The notes: a model not told the origin generated them from the letters alone. A DNA stretch of 64,000 nucleotides from Parcubacteria group bacterium GW2011_GWA2_48_9 (GCA_001003705.1 LCPQ01000019.1:3268-67267), one strand, 5' to 3'; counted from the stretch's first letter, positions 9,255-19,175 are shown. Made by a program: numbers and translations.

Positions 9255-11048
9255 ATGGAGATTAGAAACATTGCCATAATCGCCCATGTGGACCATGGGA
9301 AGACGACTTTGACTGACGCTATCATGCGGCAGACGGGCATGGTAACCGAGGAAGGCGCCACGATGGATTCGAACACGCTCGAGAAGGAGCGCGGCATTAC
9401 TATTTATGCGAAAAACGCGTCTGTCTTTTATCGCGACACGAAAATAAATATCGTCGACACTCCAGGGCACGCTGATTTTGGCTCGGAAGTTGAACGTGTC
9501 CTCCGTTCAATTGATAGTGTGGTGTTAGTCGTCGATGCGCAAGAAGGCCCGATGCCCCAGACGCGGTTTGTTTTAAAAAAATCACTTGAACTGGGCTTAA
9601 AACCCATTGTAGTATTGAACAAAATTGACAAGCCGGCGGCTGATCCTGATCTCGCGCAAGAAGAAGTGTATGAACTGTTCCTTGACCTTGGCGCAAACGA
9701 TGAACAGCTCGATTTCACGACCGTGTATGCCGTAGGCAGGGAGGGTAAGGCAATGCTGAACCTCACTGACGAAGCTATCGACTTGTCGCCTCTGCTCGAT
9801 ACTATTTTACTTAAAGTGCATCCGGCGCCCGCTGATACAGCAGCGCCATTCCGTTTCCAGCCATTTAATCTGGGCTATGATAACTATCTCGGCCGGCTTG
9901 CTATCGGAAGGATCTATGAAGGAAAGATACGGGCTGGTGAACAGCTTGTGCAAAAGAAAAATGACGGATCGCATGAAAGCGCGCGCGTTACGAAACTATT
10001 TTCATTCAAAGGGCTCCTGCGCGAAGAAGTGGTAGAAGCCGTCGCTGGTGACATAGTCATGATCGCCGGATTTCCCGGTATCGATATCGGAGAAACCCTG
10101 TGCGAGCGCGAGGACCAGCAGGCGTTGCCGGCAATCACCGTTGACGAGCCAACGATTTCACTGAATTTCTTGATCAATGATTCTCCGTTCTCAGGTAAAG
10201 ACGGCAAGTATGTCACGACGACCCAGCTGCGCGACAGGCTGAAAAAAGAGCTCGAGGTCAATGTAGGTTTGAATATTGATTTTCTTCCTGACGCGAACAA
10301 AGTCTACGGCCGCGGCGAGCTTCACGTAGCCATTTTGATTGAAAACATGCGCCGTGAAGGATATGAGGTGCAGGTCTCGCAGCCGCAGGTGATCATCAAG
10401 GAACGGGACGGAGTAAAGATGGAACCGTATGAGGAAGCTACTGTCGACGTGCCTGAGGCGTATTCGGGAATCGTCATAGAGAAGATGGGCAAAAGGAAAG
10501 GTATTATGACGACGATGGAAAATACGAGGGGACAGGTACGCATGATTTTCGAAATTCCGACTCGCGGATTGCTCGGTTACCGCGGCGAGTTTATCATCGA
10601 TACAAAAGGCGAAGGCATTCTGTGTTCGCGGGTTATCGGATTCCGACCGCACGCCGGCGGAATTCGTAAGCGCGACACCGGTTCGATGATTTCCATGGCA
10701 ACGGGTAAAGCACTGGGATTTTCGTTGGCAAATCTCCAAGAGCGCGGCATGTTATTTATCGGGCCCGGCACTGAAGTTTATGAAGGCATGGTGATAGGCA
10801 ACGCGTCGAAAGGCTTCGATATGCCGGTTAACCCCGTAAAGGGCAAGCGGCTGACCAATATGCGGGAGTCGGGAACGGACGAAGGTATCCATCTAGTAAC
10901 GCCGGTCCTCTTAACGATCGAGAGCGGACTCGAAATCATGGCGGAGGATGAATATCTCGAGGTGACGCCGAAGAGTGTCCGGCTGCGAAAGAAATATCTC
11001 ACCGAGGTAGACAGAAAACGCTCAGAGAAAGCTATACCGAAGGAGTAG
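9255..11048 (+). CDS. typA: translational GTPase TypA/BipA
   Basis: G1-G4 motifs (AHVDHGKTT, DTPGH, NKID) and full-length similarity to BipA. Start moved to MEIRNIAII. Confidence 0.9.
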   Translation: MEIRNIAIIAHVDHGKTTLTDAIMRQTGMVTEEGATMDSNTLEKERGITIYAKNASVFYRDTKINIVDTPGHADFGSEVERVLRSIDSVVLVVDAQEGPMPQTRFVLKKSLELGLKPIVVLNKIDKPAADPDLAQEEVYELFLDLGANDEQLDFTTVYAVGREGKAMLNLTDEAIDLSPLLDTILLKVHPAPADTAAPFRFQPFNLGYDNYLGRLAIGRIYEGKIRAGEQLVQKKNDGSHESARVTKLFSFKGLLREEVVEAVAGDIVMIAGFPGIDIGETLCEREDQQALPAITVDEPTISLNFLINDSPFSGKDGKYVTTTQLRDRLKKELEVNVGLNIDFLPDANKVYGRGELHVAILIENMRREGYEVQVSQPQVIIKERDGVKMEPYEEATVDVPEAYSGIVIEKMGKRKGIMTTMENTRGQVRMIFEIPTRGLLGYRGEFIIDTKGEGILCSRVIGFRPHAGGIRKRDTGSMISMATGKALGFSLANLQERGMLFIGPGTEVYEGMVIGNASKGFDMPVNPVKGKRLTNMRESGTDEGIHLVTPVLLTIESGLEIMAEDEYLEVTPKSVRLRKKYLTEVDRKRSEKAIPKE

Positions 11049-11073
11049 AGCCGCAGTTCTGTCGGTTAGGGGG

Positions 11074-11274
11074 TTGTGCTATGCTGAATGTAAAGATATG
11101 GGCGGACAGTTTGTCATCTATTTGTGCCTCTTTATCGGTTCTACGATGGGTGGGTATATTCCCACGCTATGGCATGATGATATTTTTTCGTTTTGGTCAA
11201 TTATTCTTTCCGTGATAGGCGGATTAATCGGCGTGTGGGTTGGATTTAAAATTAAACAGACTATAGAGGGTTAA
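11074..11274 (+). CDS. small membrane protein, GlsB/YeaQ/YmgE (transglycosylase-associated) family-like
   Basis: Two TM helices with a GxxxG-rich second helix (IILSVIGGLIGVWVGF). Probable start at 11098. Confidence 0.4.
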   Translation: MCYAECKDMGGQFVIYLCLFIGSTMGGYIPTLWHDDIFSFWSIILSVIGGLIGVWVGFKIKQTIEG

Positions 11275-11278
11275 GCAT

Positions 11279-11698
11279 ATGTCGTGGGTTTTATACGCAA
11301 TTCTTTCGGCCGTATGCGCATCTCTTGTCGCTATCTTCGGCAAGATTGGGGTGAAAAATCTTGATACCACCCTCGCGACGACAGTTCGGTCAGTCATCAT
11401 GGCAGTGTTTCTCATTATCACTGCGCTGGTTTTTGGAAAGGCGCCGCTGCTTTCGACTATTCACAGCAGGGCACTCCTGTATATTATTCTTTCAGGTGTT
11501 GCGGGCGCGCTTTCCTGGCTGTTTTACTTTTTTGCACTGAAAAACGGTCCCGCATCCGGCGTGGCTGCTCTCGACAGGACGAGTGTGATTTTCGTGCTGC
11601 TGTTGGCCATACTCTTCCTGGGTGAACGCCTCACTCTCAAATCGGGCATTGGTGTCGGCTTCGTTGCTGTTGGGGCGGTGCTCATGGCGATGAAATAA
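11279..11698 (+). CDS. EamA-like (DMT superfamily) small transporter
   Basis: 4-TM EamA domain (ILSGVAGALSWLFYFFAL...). Confidence 0.7.
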   Translation: MSWVLYAILSAVCASLVAIFGKIGVKNLDTTLATTVRSVIMAVFLIITALVFGKAPLLSTIHSRALLYIILSGVAGALSWLFYFFALKNGPASGVAALDRTSVIFVLLLAILFLGERLTLKSGIGVGFVAVGAVLMAMK

Positions 11699-11750
11699 TG
11701 AATACGTATTTTGTATACGTGTTGACGTCTTTATCATTAACAAAACTACT

Positions 11751-12149
11751 ATGAAAGGATTTATCCAAAATATAGAACGCATGACACTCGAGAACGATAA
11801 CTTCCGCAAAGTTCTTTACACGGCAAAGTACAGTCAGTTGGTGCTGATGAGCCTCAAGCCGGGGGAGGAGATCGGGACGGAAGTGCACCTGGACAATGAC
11901 CAGTTTTTCCGCTTTGAAAAGGGGAAAGGAAAAGTGATTATCGACGGAACTGAAAGCCTGGTGAAAGACGGCGTCGCTGTCATAATTCCTGCTGGGGCTG
12001 AGCACAATGTGATTAATACTTCTTCAGCCGAATCGTTGAAAATATATACCGTTTATTCTCCAGCGCATCATCGCGACGGCGTTGTCCACGGGACAAAGGA
12101 AGCAGCAGAGTCCGATGATGAAGAGTTTGATGGGAAAACGAGTGAATGA
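11751..12149 (+). CDS. cupin-domain protein
   Basis: Cupin motifs G(X)5HXH-like (EIGTEVHLDNDQFF...AVIIPAGAEHNV). Confidence 0.65.
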   Translation: MKGFIQNIERMTLENDNFRKVLYTAKYSQLVLMSLKPGEEIGTEVHLDNDQFFRFEKGKGKVIIDGTESLVKDGVAVIIPAGAEHNVINTSSAESLKIYTVYSPAHHRDGVVHGTKEAAESDDEEFDGKTSE

Positions 12150-12351
12150 GGGGAAAGTCGTAAGGAAACGCAGAAAAAAGACGATTATATATCCGGTTCC
12201 GTAGGTCATTGTAATCGCCTGGTGAACTATTGTCGACGCGACGCATAGTGGTTTGCTTCACGATAACGCGCATTTCCGCCATACTATGTATGTCGGTTGT
12301 TACCTTTTGCCCTCCCAATCGTTGTAGTAAGTAGAAATAACCTACGTACGT

Positions 12352-12924
12352 ATGGATGCAGCTAGGGAACGAAGCGTGCTTGAAGCGTGCCAACGGGGTG
12401 ATACGGAAATGTTCGGAGAGCTTTACGACGCATATATTGAGAAAATTTATTCGTTCATTTTTTATCGAACGAGCCATCGGGAGACGGCGGAGGATTTGAC
12501 GAGTGTGACGTTCACGAAAGCGCTGGAACATATCAGCACGTTCCGTGGCGGTTCATTCTCGTCCTGGCTCTACCGCATCGCGCGGAATACGGTGACCGAT
12601 CATTATCGGACGTCGAAGAACGTTACGTCCCTCGATGACGCTATAGCTGTGATGGCCGGGAAGTCGGACGTAGAGGACAGCGAACGCCGGCTCATTATCG
12701 AACAGGTGAAGCAGTATCTGCACACGTTGAAGCAGGAACATCAGGATGTGGTGCTGATGCGGATCTGGGACGATCTGCCCTATGAACGCATAGCGGAGAT
12801 AACGGGTAAATCAGAGGCCAACTGTAAAATGATCGTTTCCCGTTCCTTGAGCTCCATCAGGAAACAGTTCGCTATAGCTGCCGCGCTTATTCTTATTGGA
12901 CTATTATTTTTTCACCTCTTATGA
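12352..12924 (+). CDS. RNA polymerase sigma-70 factor, ECF subfamily
   Basis: Sigma-2 and sigma-4 regions (FGELYDAYIEKIYSFIFYR..., DLPYERIAEITGKSEANCKMIVSRSL). Its stop overlaps the next gene's start (ATGA). Confidence 0.85.
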   Translation: MDAARERSVLEACQRGDTEMFGELYDAYIEKIYSFIFYRTSHRETAEDLTSVTFTKALEHISTFRGGSFSSWLYRIARNTVTDHYRTSKNVTSLDDAIAVMAGKSDVEDSERRLIIEQVKQYLHTLKQEHQDVVLMRIWDDLPYERIAEITGKSEANCKMIVSRSLSSIRKQFAIAAALILIGLLFFHLL

Positions 12925-14282
12925 CCATTCATGAAAAGATCGAAAGTATTATGAAAGAACTCATCGACAACGACCCAGAACTCAAAAGTCACGAAAAGGC
13001 CGTGAGGCATATTGTTGCTTCGCTTCTGCAGGCGCGTCCGGATGCTGTCGTCGATGATACGTTTCGGGCCGAACTCAAACGGCGCCTTCTCGAAATGCCC
13101 GCTCCCTCGAGAGTTTCTCGATCGATGGGGCTATCGCGGACGTTCACACAATTTTTTAGCAATAAACTTGCTCTCGCTACTTCAGCCGCTGGCGTCGTGG
13201 CAGCGTTGCTTTTTATTACTCTCTGGATGAACTCGGGCATCCAAGACTCCTCACAGCGAACCATCCCGGTCATCCAGGGCGACGTGGAATTTTCTTTGAG
13301 CGCCCTGAATCAGGACACGCTGGGCGTCGACGCGACTAGTGCGTTTGCGCTTACCTCAAGTTTGCCGGTTGACGAAACGGCCATACGAGGAAACCTCACG
13401 ATCGAACCGGCAGTTCAATACAAACTTGAATCATCGGACTCGAATGAATTTACCATCATTCCCGAACAGACGCTCGACGCCAATACAATATACAAATTCA
13501 GCATGGTCGCCCAAAAGAGCGAAGCGGAACAGAAACGCGAATACCAATGGGCATTTCAGACCAAAGATACGTTTAAAATCATGAACACGCTTCCGCGCAA
13601 TCAGGGTACCCACGTCCCTCTGGATACCGGAATCGAGGTTACCTTTTCACATGAGAATTACGGCGCTGTAGAGGACCATTTCTCCGTTTCACCGGCTGTG
13701 AATGGCCGGTTCGAACGGTATCGGAAGACGCTCGTCTTTGTACCCGATTCGCTCCAGGCAAGCACGGTGTACACAGTCCGCGTCAGTGCCGGCGTACCGC
13801 TAGATGGCACTGATCAAACACTGGCCGAAGACTACCAGTTTCAGTTCGAAACCGATGCAACCGGAGGATATGGCGGGTACTACTCATACTTCGAGTTTAC
13901 AAAGGACTTCTTTGAGTACCCGAGTACTGAAACGCCAATCGCGACGGTATACGGCTATGACAGTCCTGGGTCAGTGCATGTCGGTGTCTATGCGTTTGGA
14001 ACGTTTGGCGAATTCCGCGACGCAATTGGTAGGCTGAACAACGTTCCGTATTGGGCTGACTATGCGCAGATGAATAACACGTTTCCCGTTGACAGCCTGG
14101 CGCTCCAGACTGAGTTCGACGCTGATGTGCGCTCGGAAGACTATCAGTATTACATCGAGTTCCCGGAAGCCCTTCCGAATGGCTACTATCTCATAGACAT
14201 TCCGGTAGACAGCTATCACGCGCAGGCCTTTCTCCAGGTCGGCAATTTGGCAGCCAGCTACCAAGCGAGCCCAGAAAGATGA
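12921..14282 (+). CDS. N-terminal part of giant anti-sigma-like / alpha-2-macroglobulin-like protein (cytoplasmic helical domain, 1 TM, SbsA-type Ig-like domain); probably continuous with 14293-18261
   Basis: About 90-aa cytoplasmic domain then TM (LALATSAAGVVAALLFITLWM). Big_5/SbsA-Ig-like stretch (FKIMNTLPRNQGTHVPLDTGIEVTF...TVYTVRVSAGV). No Cys. The downstream ORF's frame stays open upstream of its GTG start, across the 14282 stop. Confidence 0.55.
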   Translation: MTIHEKIESIMKELIDNDPELKSHEKAVRHIVASLLQARPDAVVDDTFRAELKRRLLEMPAPSRVSRSMGLSRTFTQFFSNKLALATSAAGVVAALLFITLWMNSGIQDSSQRTIPVIQGDVEFSLSALNQDTLGVDATSAFALTSSLPVDETAIRGNLTIEPAVQYKLESSDSNEFTIIPEQTLDANTIYKFSMVAQKSEAEQKREYQWAFQTKDTFKIMNTLPRNQGTHVPLDTGIEVTFSHENYGAVEDHFSVSPAVNGRFERYRKTLVFVPDSLQASTVYTVRVSAGVPLDGTDQTLAEDYQFQFETDATGGYGGYYSYFEFTKDFFEYPSTETPIATVYGYDSPGSVHVGVYAFGTFGEFRDAIGRLNNVPYWADYAQMNNTFPVDSLALQTEFDADVRSEDYQYYIEFPEALPNGYYLIDIPVDSYHAQAFLQVGNLAASYQASPER

Positions 14283-14292
14283 ATACGGTGAC

Positions 14293-17200
14293 GTGGCAGG
14301 GACGTATTACTTTTCGGTTACGGCCAATGACCAGCAACTTCTCGTGCCGGTGACTCACTATTACGGTTTCGGCGGCTATTACGGATCTACTGCGCCGAGA
14401 GACTATTGGGCGTATCTCTATACGAATCGGACTCTCTATTCTCCCGATGACAGTGTGAAGTTCTGGGGCGTGATCAAGCCGCGGTCGGGTGTCGGCGACG
14501 TCGATGAAGTAGAGGTGCGTTTCGTGAAAAGCGCCAACTACTACACCTCCAGTCAAGACGAGATCATCTCGCAGCAGCGCTTGCCCGTTTCATCGTTTCA
14601 TACTTTCCAGGGATCGATTGATTACACACATCTCACGCCAGAGGGGTACACGCTGCAGGTTCTGGTGGGGGACGAGGTGGTGATGACCTCGTACGTTTCG
14701 GTGGCTACCTACACGAAGCCGGCGTACAAGATCGACGTGACGACTCCGAAGAAAGCGATCTTCCAGGGTGAGAACGCCGTCTTCAATATCCAGTCGGTGT
14801 TTTTTGACGGGACACCCGTAGGCAACCTCGAACTCGAGTATACAGGCGCGCTCGGAGGCGGACGGGTGACTACCGATGAGAACGGTCAGGCAACCGTGAC
14901 GCTCGGTACCTCATACCAGGCTGATTCCTCTTCTCCTCGGTACGAGTACTTTTCAATTCATCCGACAAACGCGGAGCTGGCCGGCATTTATACCGATGCG
15001 TACATTTACTCATTCGGTCCGCGGTATTCCATCGAAGGATCAGCCACGGCCGAAGGGGCTCTGAGTGGATCAGTACATGCAGTCGACCTGGAACGCGTCA
15101 ATGCCGCGGGGGATGAGTTTGTCTGGGATTATGACGGCGATCCTGTCGCAGGCGCGAAGGTCACCATGACTGTATACCACGAGTACTACACCAGGACGGA
15201 AATAGGCACCCGTTATGACTTTATCAGCAAAAAGACTTACAAAACATACGATTACCAGCATCACTCAGATGAGGTACAAGAACTCACGGCATTCACAGAT
15301 GCAAATGGGGCGTATGCCGGGCAGTTCACTCCGCAAGCGGACCAGAATTATTTGATTAAGATGGAGGTGACTGATCCAGAAAGCCGGACAGCAGGAACAT
15401 CCGCCTATGTTTGGGAGGGACTTCGTTCGTACTACTTCGGCGATGGGTATGAGCGGTACTACATAGAAACTCTCGGAGGTACTGAAGGGCCGTATCGCTC
15501 CGGCGACGAGGTGACGCTTGGCCTCTTTCGCAATGAGGAGCGCCTGCCGGAGCAGAGCGGCGAGAGTATCCTGTATTTCAAAGGCCAGCGCGAGCTTTTT
15601 GACATCGCCCCCTCATCACAGTCCAGCACGACGCTCACTGTTACCGATGCGTACGCACCGAACATTTACGTGTATGCAGTATACTTCGACGGCCGTGCGT
15701 ACCACTTAGCTGATTTTTCACAGATCACGTTTGATAAGAGCGTTCGAGAGCTCTCGATCGATATAGCGCAGGACAAAGACGCCTACCGCCCAGGCGAGAA
15801 TGTGACATTGGACCTGACGGTGACTGAAGCTGACGGTGATCCCGTCGAAGCCCTGCTCAACGTTTCTGCCATCGATGAGGCTTTGGCAGTCATCCAGTGG
15901 GAAAACAGCAACGCGATCCTTGATACGCTCTACCGATCACTTCCATCTGCCGTCACCTACTCATACCAAACTCATGAGCAAGCGCTTCGCCCGATGGCTG
16001 AAGGCGGCGGGTGTTTTTCCGGGGATACTGGAGTTCTCATGTCAGATGGGACCACCAAGCCAATCTCCGAAGTGCGGATCGGCGACGAGGTGTTCACCTT
16101 TACTTCGCCAGGCGACATGACGCTCGTACCTGCTCGAGTAGTAAACACGCTCGAACATAACGTCGACAAGTACCTCGTGATCAACGGTTTACTCACCGTG
16201 ACGCCGGAACATATCGTGTGGCTCAATGACCAGTGGCAGCCGATCGGAAACGCGAGGGTCGGTGACCGCATTGTCAATGCTCATGGCGAGACTGTCCGGC
16301 TCACCAGCATTGAGCGGAATCACGAGTTGCTCACAGTCTACAATCTTCATCTCGATGGACCGCATACCTTCTTCGCGAACGGCGTCTACGTGCACAATGA
16401 AAAAGGCGGCGGCCGCCAAAACTTCCAGGACATAGCAGTATTTGAGAGTGTTGGGACTGATCGAAACGGACGCGCTACCGTCACGTTTAAGCTTCCGGAC
16501 AACGTAACCTCATGGCAGACGACGGTGCACGCGGTAACTGAAGACTTGCAAGCGGGCGCGACCCAAACAGCCGTCATCTCCACGTTGCCGTTTTTCGTTG
16601 ACGTCGCTGTCGCGTCTGATTATGTGGTGGGCGACAGGCCGCAGGTATTGGTGAGAAGCTTCGGACGCGAACTTGGCGATTCACAGATCACGTACACAGT
16701 GAGCTACCCAGACTACAGCGACGAAGAGACGACACTGACTGGTGCAGCTGGTGAAGTGACGTCTGTGGCACTTCCCGAGTTCACTGAAGGAACGTACAAA
16801 ATCCGTGTGGCTGCCAAACAGAGCGGCAATGAAGACGCAGTGATCCATAGCTTTACGTTTCATGATTCGAATATCACCCAGGGTACGGCGGGTTACTATC
16901 GCCTCGAGGAGGACATGGCCGTCGCCGGCAGCCCCGATGGCCGCACTTCTCTCGCATTCACGAATCTCGAACGCGGACAGTATTACTATGACCTCCGTGG
17001 CATGACGTGGGCGTATGGGGACAGGCTTGAGCAGCAGTTGGGGCGGCGACAAGCGCAGTCGCTTCTCAACGAGTACTTCGGAGAAAGTGCCAATGTGCCG
17101 AATATTACGTTTACCGACTATCAAGTGCCCGAGGGAGGACTCGCCATCTTGCCCTATTCGTCGGCTGAGCTGCTCCTGACAGCAAAGGCGTTCCTGGTGG

Positions 17201-18261
17201 CTCCCGACCTTTTTGACCGTATTGCCGCGCGCCAATACTTCGAAAGCGTACTGAACAATACCGGCAGCAATACCGAAGAGGTCGTCTACGCGCTCCTTGG
17301 CATGGCGGCGCTTGATGAGCCGGTGCTCACTGAGATCAACATCTTTCTGGAAAGTCATGAGCTCGAGCCGGAGTTGAAACTCTATCTCATACGTGCGGTG
17401 GCGCATCTCGGGGCGACGGAGTATGCGGCGTCCATGCTTCAGGATATTTTGGACGAGCATGCGAATGTTTCCGATCCTGTGACCGAAGTCGCGCTTGGCG
17501 AGGACCACGACGACTACGTCGAGTACACGTACCAAGCGGCAATAGTCGCAGCCGCCGTGTCTTCCGATCAGGCTCCGCTTCTGTATCGGTATGTGACGAC
17601 TACGCCGGCCACCTTCCATCTGAATGCGTTGGACCAGCTAGCGTATATCCAGACGGCATTGCCACTTTTGAGTGGAGACCCGGTGAGTTTTTCCTACACG
17701 CTCGACGGCGAATCACACGATGTAACTCTCGCGCGCGAGGATACGTTCAGACTATCGGTCGTCCCTGAACAACTCGAAAATCTTACCTTCTCTGATATCA
17801 GCGGTACTGTCGGACTCGTCGCGAGCTATGAAGAACCGGTCGATCTCGCAACCGTAGAGACAGATCCGAACCTGAGAATTAGCCGGCGCTATGAAGTGAA
17901 TAGCCGCGGGACAACCACGTTCCATGCCAATGACATCGTGAAAGTCATCCTTTCACCGAGCATCAACATAAAGGCGATAGATTCCGAATATCAGATTACC
18001 GACTACCTGCCCGCAGGATTAAAGCTGCTCACCAACCTGTCTTCGAGAGACTTGTCGTACGACCGGCTTCTCGAATTCCCCTATGAGATCAATGGCCAGG
18101 TCGTGAAATTTTGGAGCGGCAAACCGCGTAGTGCAGAGTTTTTCTACTACGCGATCGTCACCGGGAAAGGGGAATTCGTCGCTGAAGCGCCGAAAGTGCA
18201 GGGTTTCGTCGCGACAGGGAGCGTGAACTACGGGACGACCGAACGGGTCATTATCGAATAG
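14293..18261 (+). CDS. alpha-2-macroglobulin-like protein (thioester-less) carrying a Hint/intein-like domain at the bait-region position
   Basis: RQNFQDIAVFESVGTDRNGRATVTFKLPDNVTSWQTTVHAV matches the A2M R.NF.ET..F....TDENG.A.V.F.LPD.ITTW motif that follows the bait region. No CxEQ motif. Hint domain lies directly N-terminal to that motif. Confidence 0.6.
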   Translation: MAGTYYFSVTANDQQLLVPVTHYYGFGGYYGSTAPRDYWAYLYTNRTLYSPDDSVKFWGVIKPRSGVGDVDEVEVRFVKSANYYTSSQDEIISQQRLPVSSFHTFQGSIDYTHLTPEGYTLQVLVGDEVVMTSYVSVATYTKPAYKIDVTTPKKAIFQGENAVFNIQSVFFDGTPVGNLELEYTGALGGGRVTTDENGQATVTLGTSYQADSSSPRYEYFSIHPTNAELAGIYTDAYIYSFGPRYSIEGSATAEGALSGSVHAVDLERVNAAGDEFVWDYDGDPVAGAKVTMTVYHEYYTRTEIGTRYDFISKKTYKTYDYQHHSDEVQELTAFTDANGAYAGQFTPQADQNYLIKMEVTDPESRTAGTSAYVWEGLRSYYFGDGYERYYIETLGGTEGPYRSGDEVTLGLFRNEERLPEQSGESILYFKGQRELFDIAPSSQSSTTLTVTDAYAPNIYVYAVYFDGRAYHLADFSQITFDKSVRELSIDIAQDKDAYRPGENVTLDLTVTEADGDPVEALLNVSAIDEALAVIQWENSNAILDTLYRSLPSAVTYSYQTHEQALRPMAEGGGCFSGDTGVLMSDGTTKPISEVRIGDEVFTFTSPGDMTLVPARVVNTLEHNVDKYLVINGLLTVTPEHIVWLNDQWQPIGNARVGDRIVNAHGETVRLTSIERNHELLTVYNLHLDGPHTFFANGVYVHNEKGGGRQNFQDIAVFESVGTDRNGRATVTFKLPDNVTSWQTTVHAVTEDLQAGATQTAVISTLPFFVDVAVASDYVVGDRPQVLVRSFGRELGDSQITYTVSYPDYSDEETTLTGAAGEVTSVALPEFTEGTYKIRVAAKQSGNEDAVIHSFTFHDSNITQGTAGYYRLEEDMAVAGSPDGRTSLAFTNLERGQYYYDLRGMTWAYGDRLEQQLGRRQAQSLLNEYFGESANVPNITFTDYQVPEGGLAILPYSSAELLLTAKAFLVAPDLFDRIAARQYFESVLNNTGSNTEEVVYALLGMAALDEPVLTEINIFLESHELEPELKLYLIRAVAHLGATEYAASMLQDILDEHANVSDPVTEVALGEDHDDYVEYTYQAAIVAAAVSSDQAPLLYRYVTTTPATFHLNALDQLAYIQTALPLLSGDPVSFSYTLDGESHDVTLAREDTFRLSVVPEQLENLTFSDISGTVGLVASYEEPVDLATVETDPNLRISRRYEVNSRGTTTFHANDIVKVILSPSINIKAIDSEYQITDYLPAGLKLLTNLSSRDLSYDRLLEFPYEINGQVVKFWSGKPRSAEFFYYAIVTGKGEFVAEAPKVQGFVATGSVNYGTTERVIIE
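16012..16398 (+). other. Hint (intein-like / bacterial intein-like) domain, 129 aa, no endonuclease, inserted in-frame in the A2M-like protein
   Basis: Block A CFSGDTGVLMSDG (Cys1), block B TVTPEH (TxxH), blocks F and G LTVYNLHLDGPHTFFANGVYVHN. The +1 residue is Glu, not Cys/Ser/Thr. Flanked by GGG on both sides. Confidence 0.7.
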
Positions 18262-18266
18262 GAACT

Positions 18267-19175
18267 ATGCTGAAGCGCTGGTATGCGGGTCTATTGGTCA
18301 TCGCTGTCTGCGCTGTCGCTGGTGCGGTCTATTATTCGGTAGAGTCAAGCGGTGCCATCGATGTGGCCGTAACGTATGGGGATGAACCACGTGTGCTTGA
18401 CTCGAAATTCTACTTTGAGAAGCAGTTTACCCGTTCGGTAGAATCGGCAGCAACGAACGATGCGGTATTCCCGCAATCGCGTATCAGGGGCGGGATTATT
18501 CCCCACGACGTGACCCAGGGCCAGATCATTGCCCACTTTTTCCGTGAGCTGGAGAAAAATCCCCCGAAACGGATCATCCTCGTTGGCCCTAACCACTACG
18601 AACGCGGTGGAAGCATGGTGCTGACGACATCAACATCCTGGAGATCTGGGGCGGGCACGATACACGCTGATCGGGATGCGGTACGTTGGCTTGTCGACAA
18701 TCACTACGCGGTTGAAGATGATGAGGTAGCAGTTGACGAACACTCTATTGCAGGAATCACCCCGTACATTTCACACTATCTGCCTGAGGCACGAGTGATA
18801 CCGCTGATGCTGAAAGCCGAAGTTCGTCTCAACGAAATTCAGTCCATCTCGCGAGCGCTCGATGAGTTAGTTGACGACGAGACAGTCGTCATCGCCGCCG
18901 TGGACTTCTCGCATTATCTTACTGCCGATGAAGCTTCACGAAACGATATCGTGACTGAACAGGCGTTGCAGACATTTGACTATAAAAATATGCTTTCATT
19001 CGGCCCTCGCTTTAATGATTATATGGACTCACCCGGCAGTATTGCCTTGCTCCTCTACTGGTTGACGTCACAGGGTATAACGAAGTATGAACTGATTGAA
19101 CATACCAATTCCGGCATCCTTACCGGCGATATGACGAGCCCGGTAACAAGTTATTTTGAAGTCGTCTATTACTAG
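18267..19175 (+). CDS. MEMO1/AmmeMemoRadiSam-system-protein-B-like protein with N-terminal TM anchor
   Basis: MEMO family motifs: GGIIPHDV, ILVGPNHY, DEHSIAGITPYISHYLPEARVIPLML, VDFSHY. N-terminal hydrophobic segment LLVIAVCAVAGAVYY. Confidence 0.55.
   Translation: MLKRWYAGLLVIAVCAVAGAVYYSVESSGAIDVAVTYGDEPRVLDSKFYFEKQFTRSVESAATNDAVFPQSRIRGGIIPHDVTQGQIIAHFFRELEKNPPKRIILVGPNHYERGGSMVLTTSTSWRSGAGTIHADRDAVRWLVDNHYAVEDDEVAVDEHSIAGITPYISHYLPEARVIPLMLKAEVRLNEIQSISRALDELVDDETVVIAAVDFSHYLTADEASRNDIVTEQALQTFDYKNMLSFGPRFNDYMDSPGSIALLLYWLTSQGITKYELIEHTNSGILTGDMTSPVTSYFEVVYY

Noticed and set aside
10191-10739. 182-aa minus-strand ORF
   Set aside because: Antisense inside typA, whose identity is unambiguous.
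16681-17619. 312-aa minus-strand ORF
   Set aside because: Lies entirely antisense within the A2M-like gene; Arg/His-rich junk translation.
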